A DNA stretch of 63,902 bases, the filler included, from Intoshia linei (lineage: Eukaryota > Animalia > Orthonectida): the NCBI GenBank assembly GCA_001642005.1. It is 9 parts of 9 records of this genome, joined end to end, with 100 filler letters (N's around TTAATTAATTAA, not from the genome) between each part and the next. Parts side by side here need not be neighbours in the genome. Positions count along the whole stretch, not along the records: positions 38,433 to 54,569 come from LWCA01000882.1; 8 more parts are not named here. One strand, given 5' to 3'. Position numbers and translations under genes: made by a program. How positions within the stretch are numbered: position 1 is the stretch's first letter; each line of letters opens with the position of its first letter. Positions 39,235 through 51,959 of this stretch are shown in pieces. The notes under the pieces were generated by a model. It searched no databases. It had not been told where the DNA came from and saw only the letters and a program-made list of their open reading frames with translations.

Positions 39235-41356
39235 ATGGGATTGTGTGGTTCCAAAACAACTGTCCAATCAAATGTAGTCAAGTATATTTAAATTTTACGT
39301 GTTGTTATTTTATTCTAGAAAAATAACTATAGCTGTTTTGGGGTTGGAAAATGCTGGCAAAACACTAACCTCAAAAAGTTTAAGTGGTGGTAATTTTTTC
39401 TTTTCACATTTTACATTCTGTATAATAAAATTTCAATCATGTATCGTAGTTTTCTAATATTTAAAACATAGATGGAATTAATTGATTGGAAAACTATCAA
39501 TCAATTCTTTTTTTTATCAATCAATTAATTCAATTTTAAAATATTTATATATCCAATGAATTATAATTAATTGTAAATTCAAAAATAAATCGAAAAAATA
39601 ACAAAACAATAGTTTTCGTTTTTTTTAGAAGGGATAAGGCAAAATAATTTGATGTACAATGTACATTTACTATTTATTTCCTTAAAATTTTGAATTTTTA
39701 GATTTTCGGTGGCTTTTATTTTATAAACACCTACAATGTAGATGTCGATTGGGGCCCTGTACACGTTAGGGGTAAAAAACTACATTTCTGGGTCCGTGAG
39801 ATTCAAATAAAATATCAAAAAAATTTTTTCAATTTATCATTATTTTTAATATTCATTCAGAATTTCAAGATGTTTGGAATTTTTATTCCCTAAACCTATA
39901 CGACCGCTACATTATTATTTCAAAAAACCAACTTTTATTCCACCATTAATAAAATTTACAGTGCCATAAGTGTTAATAAAAAATACCATTTCAAACACCA
40001 ATTTTCCAACCCTTAAGGAAAAATCTTTTTTTTCCAATATTTGTTTGAAAAACGATTTGAAAATCTTATCAGAAAAACCTTTAATTTTTTCATAAATGTT
40101 TTATATTTCATGTTTCCTTTGGGGTCAAAAAAATAAATATTATGAAATGGTTAGATGTGGTCCGTACAATCTACAAACTAACAACTTTTTTTTGTACTAT
40201 TGTTGAACCGGCAACAACTGATCTACGTGTAGTTGGCCTCTAACGAAACTATTATGAAATATAATAAATTTTATAAATAACGGTAAAAATTACTGAAAAA
40301 ACTTTTATTTATTTTTCAGACTGTAACCCAAATAAGATTAACCAGTAAAAATAATATTATTACTGGATAAAAAAAAAATTATTTTTAACTTTTTAAAGTA
40401 ATCCCCAAGTCGTAACATCAATCAAATCATTAATTGAGCATTACAAGTTTCGTAACACTCAGTTTATTAATAACGTATATTTTCTAGACACATGATTAAT
40501 ATGATAAATTTTTAGATCAAAACAAAGATGTTGATCCCTCCATGGGATTTTCAAATTTCCATTTTAATTACAAAAATTTACCAATAACCTTATATGATTT
40601 GGGAGGATCCAAAAAAATACGATCAATATGGAAAAATTATTTTTATGATGTTCATGGTGTTTTGTACATTGTAGATGCTACCGATGAAAATAGAATTGAT
40701 GAGTCCAACGCTATATTCAGTGAACTTGTTTGTAATCCAGCTCTAAGTGGAAAACCTTTTTTAGTGTAATTTTTTTTAAATTTTATCAAATTTTAATTAT
40801 TTGCTATAGGTTGGCTAATAAAAACGATTTAAAAGATGCATTTGAACGAGATGAAATGATTGAAATATTTGATTTATATGAATTAAGTTTAAAATATCAG
40901 ACACCTTCACGGTTAGAATGTGTCTCTGCGATGCATTATTTTGATGAAAAGGAAAAGGGACCTATAAAGGAATCCTTTAAATGGCTTATTGATGCAATTG
41001 TGGCAAATTATATCAATCTTCAAACTAGAGTTGAAAGCGATATTGATGCAAGAAAAAAAGTTTTAAAAGATACTAGACTAAAAAAGAAATTTAAACACGA
41101 AAAAGTATCATTTTTTTTCTGTTAAATAGTGCATTTTAGCAATACAGCACTGACGAAGAACAGAAATTTAAAAAAAATAAACAACCATCTATAGCCAACC
41201 GCCGAAATAACCGTATTGAACCTCTTAATATACCTCCCAAAGAAAACGCTAAATATGATCACTTTACCTGTACTTTTTATTTTATTTATAATGCATTCAG
41301 TCTTATTATTTTATTTTTTTAATTGTATCTTTTTAGATGATTGGGAAAGTGATTAG
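39235..41356 (+). CDS. ARL13B: ADP-ribosylation factor-like protein 13B (270 aa, 6 exons)
   Basis: Exons 39235-39281, 39319-39389, 40516-40765, 40810-41104, 41140-41269, 41337-41356. Motifs GLENAGKT, YDLGGSKKIRSIWKNYF, SGKPFLVLANKND, a coiled coil and RNNRIEPLNI (RVxP-like ciliary signal). Confidence 0.9.
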
Positions 41357-41397
41357 TTTATTTCGATCAAAATATATTTTAAATAAACCATTATATG

Positions 41398-41530
41398 TCC
41401 AACCAGTGTTACCAACCCCAAAAGGAAAAATCCAATTTCACCCACCCTTAAGTGAAAAATCCAGTGTTACCAACCCTAAAAGGAAAAATCCAATTTTACC
41501 AACCCTTAAGTGAAGAATCCAATTTTGCCG
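41398..41530 (+). repeat. Short tandem array of the ~30-bp foldback unit
   Basis: About 4 copies of GAAAAATCCAxTxTTACCAACCCTxAA. Confidence 0.7.
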
Positions 41531-42179
41531 AACTGCATAGTATCCCATAAATTATCAGTAGCACAAACAAAATAAAGTTTTTAAATAGAAGAATTATCAA
41601 TAAACTCATGTTATAACCGCTTTAATAATAATTAATATAATAATTATGCATTTTTCTGTCCTTGAAATATTTGATATTTGATTTATTACATGTTTTTAGT
41701 GGTCTTCCTTGTTTTGTAAGTGTTTTTATTAGAATTGATAAAAAGGGAATTTTTTTATAAACCACCGTCGCACTACAACCACCTTTGATCACTTTTCATA
41801 GTCTATGCTCATTTCATATATCTCTGTAACTTTCTACCCGTCCCTAAGAATTTGTATGAAATGTTATCGAAATATCTCTCGGAATCCCGAAATAAAAGGA
41901 TCAATTCGCCCATCATTGATTATCACTGTGGTAAACCTTAATATAGGCTGCCAGGTATAACTCAACCTTCAAAATATTTTAATTTCATCGGGCTCCAACA
42001 GTGAAAATTTAGGAAAGGTTTTTTTAGGTAGCCAGATTTTTCATTACAAGTGCTACACTTGAAATGTAATACACAATGTGTATATAAACATGTCTTAAAC
42101 TAATGTCTACAGACTCTTTCGTCCGTATAATTTTTCTGGTGGTCTGCGAAATATTTTGTTATACATGATTTATATCTTA

Positions 42180-43579
42180 CTAGCTTGGCTGTTATGTACT
42201 ACATACAAATAGCACCTAGCTCTGCCGAGGGCACATTTTTATTAAACCAAAAAAATAAATTCATGTTGAAAATCTAACTTAAAAATCCTATTATTCACTA
42301 GTATCAGTCCTTTAAAGGAGTGGTTCCCAAATTGTTTCAGGTGGAACCATCATATTACATTACTTTTTACTTTAAAGTGAATTATTCCATCTTAATTTTT
42401 TGTTTGTTAAAATTTGCGTAAAAGAATTTTAAAAACAATTGTTATCCCATTATTTTAATTTATTAGACAGAATGTGAGTATAATATTAAAAATAAAGTAA
42501 AAACAATCCAATCCTAAAAATTTTCATAAATTCCAGAAAAAATAAAATTATAAAAACCTATTTTGTCATTTTCAATGTGATGACATATATTTAGTACCAA
42601 TTTAATAAATACTTAAAAATACCAATTGTGTATCAATAATTAACTTCATCTTCAATTTATAAACATTTCAGTCGAATTTTACCATTATTGCAAAGGATTG
42701 TAATATAAGAATGATATTAACAAAGTTTTATAGTTTCGTTGTTTAGTTTCTTATTTAAATTTGAATGTTTTAATAAAAATGTTTTGAAAATGAAAATTTA
42801 AAAATTGCGAAGGAATGAATTATATAGATTTTCATCCATATTTCTTTATTGGAAGTGTGTAGATGTCGCGAAGCGAATAGATGTGTTCAATGCCCATTTT
42901 TTTTGAAATTGTAGGATCAATATTTACATTTTTGATTTTAATCGAAATATTTGAAAAATATTGGTGAATAATATATTAAAAATTATTTTTTACCGGGAAT
43001 GCGTAGATTTCTGGGGTTGAAATTTTGTATATATATCAACTGGAATAAGCTCAATCAGAATAATTTTTTTTTTAATTTTCGAACCGTTAATTATTTCATA
43101 TTTTTTTTAATAAAATATTTCGGAAAAAATATATATGAATACTTAAATTCTTTTTTGACCATGAAGTCGTCATTTATTCAGATTGAAATTTTTTATGTGT
43201 GTTAAATATATACAACTGTACCACCTGTAAATTTGTTGATATTCTAGGGTTGTTTTCATTAAAAAATTATGATACACTGAAGATATAATTTTTTAAATTT
43301 AAATTTATGATACTGTTTGTGATTTTAAAATCCACATCAGCCTATATATTTTTCTTAAATTTTCCAACTCGTTTGATTTTTAAAAAGAGAGACAACAGGG
43401 GTTTTGACCCGTAAGATGTGAAATTGGGAGGTTGAAATTTATCTTATTATATGCCCGGAAAAAACTGTAATTGAAATGTGGTCTTTAAAAAATTATAAGA
43501 GTGGTAGTTATTTCAATAAAGTCACACACAGACAGACAAACACAAACAAAAATTGCGTAACCTTTTATATAAGTTAGGA
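42180..43579 (-). mobile_element. Full-length non-autonomous Helitron (1.4 kb)
   Basis: 5' a|TCCTAACTTATATAAAA with a (CTGT/TG)n tract. The 3' hairpin GCTATTTGTA..TACATAACAGC is followed by CAAGCTAG|t. Inserted between A and T with no TSD. Confidence 0.75.
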
Positions 43580-44124
43580 TTATTTTTATATCTAAAACAT
43601 GATATATAATTATAATAAAAATTAGTGTTTGTTAATTTACATTATCAAATAAAAGTGAATGTTTTGGCAATTTTCCAATTAGAATTCGAAAATATACACT
43701 TGTAATTATAAATGATTAATATTTGAAAATTATTGTTGACTGTAGTACAGTCACTGTACTCTTAAATAGAACTATAAAGATACAGTCGCGACATTTCAAA
43801 ATTTTTATTACATTTAAAAGAAATATATTTAATCGATAAAACAACTTGAATAACTTTGTTGTACAATATATTAAAAATGAAAAATTAAAGAAATTGAATG
43901 AGTTATATGAAAATAATGAAACAACGAAAATAATAAAACTGAGACGAAATCAAAAATATTGAAATAAAATAAATATAAAAAATATTTTTTAAACTTGGTT
44001 AATAGTAAGAAATATGAAAAATATACAACTAAAAAGCATTAACATGAAAAAAGAAAAAAACAAGACGATAAAAAAATACATATACATAATTTATTTTAAA
44101 TTACAAAATATATAAACTGCATAA

Positions 44125-44310
44125 TTAATTTTGGCAACAAGCGCACTTATCATTGGAACAGCAACACTTTTCATTGCAACATTTTTCAGGAGTACATTCG
44201 CACTTGTCACAACAATTCTTTTTTTCACCACAATATGGCTTCGTAACATTATCTAAACAAATTTACTAACTTTGCATTATTAAATTACCTGTTTGTGTAT
44301 TTTCAGACAT
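44125..44310 (-). CDS. Metallothionein-like cysteine-rich peptide (49 aa)
   Basis: Exons 44310-44289 and 44252-44125 with a 36-nt GT-AG intron. Product MSENTQTDNVTKPYCGEKKNCCDKCECTPEKCCNEKCCCSNDKCACCQN has 13 Cys in CC, CxC and CCC motifs. Confidence 0.8.
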
Positions 44311-45532
44311 TATTTAATTATATTATTAATTTAATTAAAATTTAAAACTTGAAAATTGAAGAATTTAAAGAAATGACAATTTAAATTAAGGAAGTCGAAA
44401 ATAAACAAGATTAGTTTGTTTACACAGAATATGATAGTAACATCGATAATTGTTAGGGTGATCGACTTTGCACGAACAGACCAGTACATAATCGCACTTT
44501 AGTTAAAGTTTAGACGAAAAATTTTAAGTCTATTCGTGTATGCTTAATTAATTTTGTCTGCTACACATTGGATTGATTATTGTCCTTCATTATAAACAGT
44601 CTGTCTGTCCTCGTAGAGTCTACTATATAGTGATTCCAATAGTAATTCAAAACATGTTGTACTGTTTTATTCAATATTTCAATAATTTTGAAATGCAGAC
44701 TGAAATTTAACACAGTCTATATATCAATACTTTTCTGTTGAAATCAATATTTTTTATTAATGTTATTGGATAGCAGCTATCGAATAGAACTGAGTACTCT
44801 CGTCTCTACGTCTGATAACTTGAGTTTTCAGTCCATATGTCGTCATAGTCTCGTAAATTTTATGTAAACGGATATAAAATTTTGCGATTTATCGATTAGA
44901 CATTCCAATATCAGCCCCAGAAATAGTCAATTTTATCAAATGATTCATACCTTTCGGTGGTTATCAAGTTAAGAATCTCAACTAAGTTTTTCAATGCATC
45001 CCATTGTCTTATGATAATATTTACAATTATGAGATTCATTTTTTGTCGATTACAAAATGAGGTATAAGAGCACAACGTAAATCGTCAACATTTAATGTTT
45101 CTTTTGTTCTAAAAGAGTAAAAAATCCACATTCACAAAAGTACGTTGATTTTAGATAAATAAATTTAAATTTCCACAAAACAAAAATTATATATTTAACA
45201 CATTTTTTACGAAATTGTCAAAATTGAATTTTTATAATATATTTTACCAACACTTTAAGGTGATGGTGTCTTAAAAAGCCCTTGAAGGGGAATTTCAGAT
45301 TAATCAAGTAAATACAAAAAAGCTATCTTTAATCTATATAAAAAAATTCGACTTCAAGAGGTTGATCGAAAAATTTCGCTTTTAAGGTTCGGAAAAAATA
45401 ATGTGAAAATATTCGCCTTCAAAGACTTAATTAAAAAAAATGTTCAAGAACCACTGAAATGAACCATAAAATAGGTTATAGACCATAATGTATGAAAATG
45501 ATAATACGGGTGTAGTTTTAATATATAAACAA

Positions 45533-46459
45533 TTAATTTGCTACAGACACTGATGCTGATTTTCGTCTGGAAGAAGCCTTTCGTTTTCTTTCACTCAATT
45601 TGTCAGCTGCCAATTTTTTCTTATAATTCGCAAAATTTTTTGTATAAGCATCCTTAATAGCCTTACTACGTACAGCTCTTTTTTTTTTCATGCTCAATCT
45701 GTGTCGTTTTCTTTGAAGAACAACAGGAGTTATAAGTCTTTGAATCTTTGGCGCTTTAGACAACTGTTTACGTACCTTTCCATCAGCATCTTTACAAAAA
45801 ATTATAATACAGAACCATATATAAAAACCAGTTTTAGCAGGCAAACGTCTATGAATAACATATTTAGTTACATCATCTGTCTTGGACAAATTAAACAACT
45901 TTCTAATTTTATTGGCTCTCTTTGGTCCATATTTTCTAGGAATGGACGTTGTAGTCAAACCTTCAATTTCACCGTCTCCTAATATATATTATATATTAAT
46001 TAAATTTTAACAAAACTAACCTTTTTTTAAAATAATTAAATTGAGCGTTCCAATTTGAGTATCAATGATACACCCTCTAATAGATTTTCTTCGTCTTTCA
46101 CCTTTTTTCCTTGGATTGTAACAACTGTGATTTGAAGTCAACAAAAGTCTCACTCTGTCGGGTGTCATGACACCTTTCATCATTGGAAATCCTTGTTTAT
46201 CAGTTCCACCAGTAATACGCAGAATATAACCCTATAACTTTAAATTTGTAAACAATAAAAATACATTCCATTCATCGAACAATTCTTCGCCTTTGACTTC
46301 AGACATTATCATCTTATTGTATAGATTTTTCAATTTTACTTCGCTTTCCAAATTAAATTTCTTCTGACATGCCGTATCAGGGTTTGCAACGTTTATCTAT
46401 ACAATTTTATCATGTTTGAAAATATAATATATATGAAGGAAAATGGTTATTACCAGCAT
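45533..46459 (-). CDS. RPS6: 40S ribosomal protein S6 (5 exons)
   Basis: ML|[13 protein letters not shown]..|[29 protein letters not shown]..|..[20 protein letters not shown]..|..[18 protein letters not shown]. Confidence 0.96.
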
Positions 46460-46943
46460 AATTATCAATTAGTATATTATGTGTAAATTTAGATATGTGA
46501 ATATTTTTTAAATATAAAATTCCCAAATCACGTTAATTTATATTTTCGCTCAGTAAAATTTGTTGCTCGAGATTTTGTAAAATAAAGTACACTTTTTTGT
46601 TTAGGATTATATATTTCTAATTTGTTAATTAAAACGTATGACTTGGCGGGTTTAATACATAATTAATTAATTTTATATGATGTTACGGACAATGATTAAA
46701 TAATTATTACAAAAATCTACCCAAAATGTTTACTTATCATTTAGATTTAAATTTTAGACAAAAAATGGTAAATAATTATGAATATTATAGTATTCATTCA
46801 TATAATGAATTATAATTCATTATTCACAACTTGTAATATTTTAAAAATATGGCTGTATTTCAAATAAAAAAATGTAATTAATTGTGATAAATTAATTGTG
46901 ATAAATTTATTAAGAAAATTATTATTAACAATTTAAATTACAA

Positions 46944-47213
46944 TCATTCAATTTCTAAAATTAAATTTTTTTCTTTTGCATCTTGGATTTTGAATACATC
47001 CATCTTAATGTGTTCTTGGTCGCATTTAATTTCATTGGCTGTAAATATATTCGAGTCTTTAAGAGTATCTGATGATACTAAATGTTGATTTGATTTGTTT
47101 ATTTCCTCCATAAATGTATCGAGTCTGTTTAATAGAGAGGTAGGCGGTTTAATTGCTTCATTTTTTTCTTTTTGTAATATTCTATGCACGGAATTTAAAC
47201 GATCTTGCGACAT
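46944..47213 (-). CDS. NOPCHAP1: NOP protein chaperone 1 / C12orf45 (DUF4598)-like protein
   Basis: A single-exon 89-aa ORF. SLLNRLDTFMEEINKSNQHL, EHIKMDV and C-terminal LILEI match the family pattern (SxLLxRLxxFLPxMxxANxxL..IEMxx..LIEEL) as remembered. Confidence 0.6.
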   Translation of the reverse strand: MSQDRLNSVHRILQKEKNEAIKPPTSLLNRLDTFMEEINKSNQHLVSSDTLKDSNIFTANEIKCDQEHIKMDVFKIQDAKEKNLILEIE

Positions 47214-47467
47214 AATTTTTGAAATATACTTTATTTTTAACGTTCCTATGGAATGTAATATTTTGAATATTAATTGATATTTTATTTTCTATTTTAAAGT
47301 TTTTTAACCACCAGATAATACTTAGTAAATATGTTAAAATTCGAGCCAAGTACAGGATCAAGTTTTGAAATGCCTACATTTTTGATTTCGATTCCTAGGT
47401 TTAAGGGTATGAGTCTACATTTTACATTTAACTATTTTTAAAATCTAAATATATTTTAATTTATTAT

Positions 47468-47930
47468 TAGGTCATTCACAAAGTAATGTCGTTTTTATAA
47501 CTATAATTAAAACCTCTATAATAACAATTTTGATTAACCTTTATTCTACAAAATATTCTCCATTGCATTCAACAATTCTTCTCCAACGTTCCGGTAGCTT
47601 CTTAATTCCATTTTGAAAAAAACTCTGGCTTTTATTTGTCAAAAAGTTATCAATGTCAGATTTTAAATACTCAATTGAATCGTATTTTTCCATGGTAATG
47701 GTTACTCATCGACCTAAAAAGGTGATAGTCAGAAGGAACAATGTCTGGAGAATATGGTGGGTGATAGAATACCTCATAATTAAGGTCCATTAAATATTTT
47801 CTAGTCTTTATACCAGTATGAGGTCTACCATTGTCATGTAACAAAATAATATTATCTTGATTATTGACTATAAATTTGAATTTATTGATTACACAATAAA
47901 GTAAACTTATGCGTTCATCTTAATTTCATT
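47468..47930 (-). mobile_element. mariner (DD34D) transposon 3' half
   Basis: LLHDNGRPH..YHPPYSPDIVPSDYHLFRSM..KKLPERWRRIVECNGEYF, with TIR TAGGTCATTCACAAAGTAATGTCG. Confidence 0.85.
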
Positions 47931-49222
47931 CAGTGTACTTTTGGAATACGACAACAATTATACAATATTTAATTTTTAGCTTTATGACAGATAGAAAACC
48001 TCATTTGTCTGAAGGGAACATTCAAAGGGTATTTATGATGCGATTAAACAATAAAACATTGTCCGAAATAGCGTCAACCTTTAATGTTAGTAAATCTACC
48101 ATTCATAGAATCTTGAAAAAAGCGAATAAGCCCGACAAAAGAGGTAGGCCAACTAAAATAACACCTACCCTTGAACGATCGATAATAAGAAATGCATTTA
48201 ATTTTACTCAATCTTTAAGGGATATCGCTGAAATCACTGGAAATTGTATCACCTACCACTGTATGGCGAGTTTTAAAAAAATCTCCCATTATTAGACTTG
48301 AAAGAATAAAAAAAGCTCCTTTATTGACGTTAATTCATAAGCAAAAAAGGATGGAATTTGCAAGGGTAAATATTGGCAGAAATTGGGGGAAAATATGTTT
48401 TTCCGATGAGAAGCGCTTTTGTCTTGATGGGTATGCTTCTTACTGGCATGATGTGAGAAAGGAGAGCCTTGAAAAACCCAAGAGGCAAAGTAGAGGTTGT
48501 GGAATCATGGTATGGGCTGGGTTTTGGGCTAACGGGAAGACATCTATCTTATTTATTATATTGTAAAATGGATTTCATTTATTACCAGAATATGATTAGC
48601 ACAAATTTATTGCCTCATAAGGAAAGATTTGATATTTTCCAACAAGACAATGCACCCATACATGTTTCAAATTCATCAAAAAAAATTTTTAGAACTAAGA
48701 ATGTTGAGTTATTGTCTTGGCTACCAATATCACCGGACCTGAACCCCATTGAAAATCTTTGGGGAATTATGACTAGGGCATTATATAAGAATAATATAAG
48801 TTATTATTCGATATAGACTCTAAAAAGGGCGATTAAGAAGGAATGGGATAATATTAGCCCTGACACCTTGAAGAAATTAGTGGATTATATGAATGGTCGT
48901 ATTTTTGAGTGAATAAAAGCCAATGGATCGTTTCTTCACAAATATTAGGTAAAACTTTTATTTTATATAATATATAATTTAGATTTAAAAAAAGTTGCGT
49001 TATTTTTGAAACACTTTAATTGTAAAAATTATTAAACTTTCTGATAAATTGGGTTTATATATATTTTTATTTGACATCATCTCTTAGAAAAATAAAATAT
49101 GTAAACATAGGTGTTCAGTTACATTAATTGTATTGTTACAAGTTTGTATTTTCTCAATTTAATATTTTGTGAGCCTTTAAAAATAAACAAATACGAGTTG
49201 CGTTATTTTTGAAATGGAGTGT
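47931..49222 (+). mobile_element. Tc1/Tc3-like (DD34E) transposon with frameshifted transposase
   Basis: HTH region plus GRPTK, ICFSDEKRF, FQQDNAPIH and SPDLNPIENLW. The right end has the direct repeat AGTTGCGTTATTTTTGAAA twice and ends GGAGTG|TA. Confidence 0.88.
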
Positions 49223-49780
49223 ATAAGCATTTTTCCTTCTACTCTCGAATATAAGAAGTCTTCTTATATTCGAAAAAAGACAGTAGTCAGACCTCTCAAT
49301 ACCGCCACTATATTTATTATTATTTTACTATATGACTGCTTATTAATACATAATAACCGTATCCATGATCTATTCGCTACAACGTTATACTCTCAATACT
49401 ACCATAAATATCGAAATACCAAAATTGTGGTATTGAGAATTCTGACTGTATTACATTATGTAAGTAATATTTGTTGATGTAGAAATGTTTGAGGGTAGTT
49501 AATGAATTATATAGTGCTCAATTAATAAAAAAGGAACACTTTTAGTCGTGAGAACGATGATTTAATTTTCTCTTCTCGTGACATTATTTTTAAATTTCAT
49601 TATCACATGAAAAGTTATCAATATATTACTAAATGAATAAATAATTATTTACCACACTACTAATTATAAATAATAGATAATAAAATGTACGTAATGTAGT
49701 TGCTATGTTGGGAAACATTAACAAATATAAAAATAATTACCGTTTTAATTAGTTATATTTAATATTCATAGAGATTGTCC

Positions 49781-51832
49781 ATGAAGATAAATAATACCAA
49801 AAATGAGGATAAAGTGGCCATTTCAAATGAAATATTATTTAATGGTTATGTATCTGGAAAATATGCATGTATAACACCATTTCGAAGAAAACAATTTTTT
49901 TTAAATTTAATTTACAATTTCAAAGGTATATAATTAATAATTAAATAGAATACGTGTATAACGTCAATAATAAAATATCATGTATCATTATATGCTTACA
50001 TTCTTACTTTATTATCTAGAATTTCAAGTTGAAAGAAATTTAATTTGGAGCAAAATATATCCAATCATCAATGATTGGCTGCTTTTAAATTTTGGCTATG
50101 AACTTAAGGTTTTATTTTGTATTGACATAACGGAACTTGTCTAATTTACACTACTTCCACTACATCAGAGTCGAACCTACCATACCATACTATTCTTTTT
50201 ACATATCAATAAAATTTTTGTAAAATAGATCTGTTTTAGTTAAAGTTGAGTTTTTTAAAAAATTTTATTTTTCAACGTCAAGATGTTTCTGTGTCAAATT
50301 TAAACTGTCGCGACCAGTGTACTGGAGAGCTGTCTAGGGTAGAATTGCATTAAAGTATGACATCGTTTGCGAAACTTTTGGTAGCTACCTATTTTTCATT
50401 TTCGTGTTTAACCTGATAGATTCGGCTCTGAACGGCAATATATAAATATAAATAAGTTTATATATCAATAGATTTGTGATTACAATTTTGATCTACTACA
50501 AGACGATGAATATTTGAGTTCATTTGATAAAAGAAGCACAATAAAAATTGGAAATTTGAGTAAAATAAATGAATGTGTTAATTTGGTAATTTTGTTGGTA
50601 ATGAAATTTTAATAATTAAATAGATTTTTCTCGGTCAAAAAAATAGTAAATATCTAGTGCTCAGAGTTATCGACGAAATAATTTTTAATCAAATATGTGA
50701 CGAATTGCATCGTTCTAAAAATTCAAGATTCACACGAGGATGGGATATTATCCATGATTATTATTTTGTAGACTACAACAATTTACCCGTCATATATCGA
50801 CTTAAAAATGTATAATTTTATATTTACGTCTTACTAAATTTAAATAAATTAGATTAAAAGTGTTGATAATAAAATTGCTGAAAAGTTGATATATTTCATT
50901 AGGAAAGGTATTGAATTAGGGTTATTAAATGGAACAATAAACGAAAAAGCGGCTGAACAGTACCTGCTGAACGGTAGCTAATATACATAATTATTATGAT
51001 GTACTGTACACTGTACAGTGTAATTCATTTATAAAATTAAAATTAAATGATATTATATTAAATGTTTAAAATTAGTTTAGACTTTGAATATCAACTAAAC
51101 GTGGCAGACATATTCAATTCTTGTCATGTAGCCAAAAATTCGATATTGATAAAAAGAGAGATTTCAGACATTTTTAATTTCTTGGATATAGAATGTGCCC
51201 AAGATTATATAGATATAGAATACGAAACAAATGACAAAAAAGAATTGGTACCAATCAGAAACATTAGCAATCATTCAAAACTTTACGATTTGGAAGAAAA
51301 ACTTGCAAATGTGATTGAAAAAAGCAATATTTTATTTTACAATACTCTTTGGCGGTTTGATAATAAAATATTAAATGAATCAAATAATCAACCACTCAAT
51401 GTCTATAAACAGTGTAAATTAAAATTGGATGTAAACTATACACGCAATTTGATTCAGCACGTTGAAAATAAACTAAAAAATATTATTTATAAATTTTTTT
51501 GGGAAAAAAACAATGCAAAATTAAATTTAAATTTGGAAAAAATGTATTTTAATGAAACAGTAGCGGATCAAGGATGTCAGAGTTTAGTTTATCAGATGGA
51601 AGCTAATGCACTGTTTGAAAAAAGATTCTTTTTTATTGATGAGATTGTGGCTAATTGGCAATATTGTCATGAAAGTGTTAGACAAAATATGATTTATCCA
51701 AATATTTTTGATCAAGCTATGAATTATATTAACCAGAATTTACATAATAATGTTGAATTTTCTTTTCCAATGATTATAAGTGGTATTACTGGATGTGGGA
51801 AAACTACCTTTCTTTCGCAAGTTGCAACCATT
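49781..51832 (+). CDS. NACHT and WD-repeat protein (NWD1/NWD2-like), N-terminal part up to the P-loop
   Basis: Spliced exons give EFQVERNLIWSKIYPIINDWLLLNFGYELK|ICD, IFLGQK, YFVDYNNLPVIYRLK and Walker A IISGITGCGKTT. The next intron runs into TEs and the contig end. Confidence 0.75.
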
Positions 51833-51959
51833 GTAATTTTTTCATAAACATAACGTATAATGCCAGTCAGGGTTACACAGGTGTAGAGTTATGTGACTGG
51901 AATAATTATTCTAAATTAATAGGTAATCGTATATAAAGCCAAATTGTTAAAAATGTATG

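Noticed and set aside
8701-41356. Apparent cluster of ciliary genes (ZMYND12, DRC7, ARL13B)
   Set aside because: The three genes lie on three different contigs.
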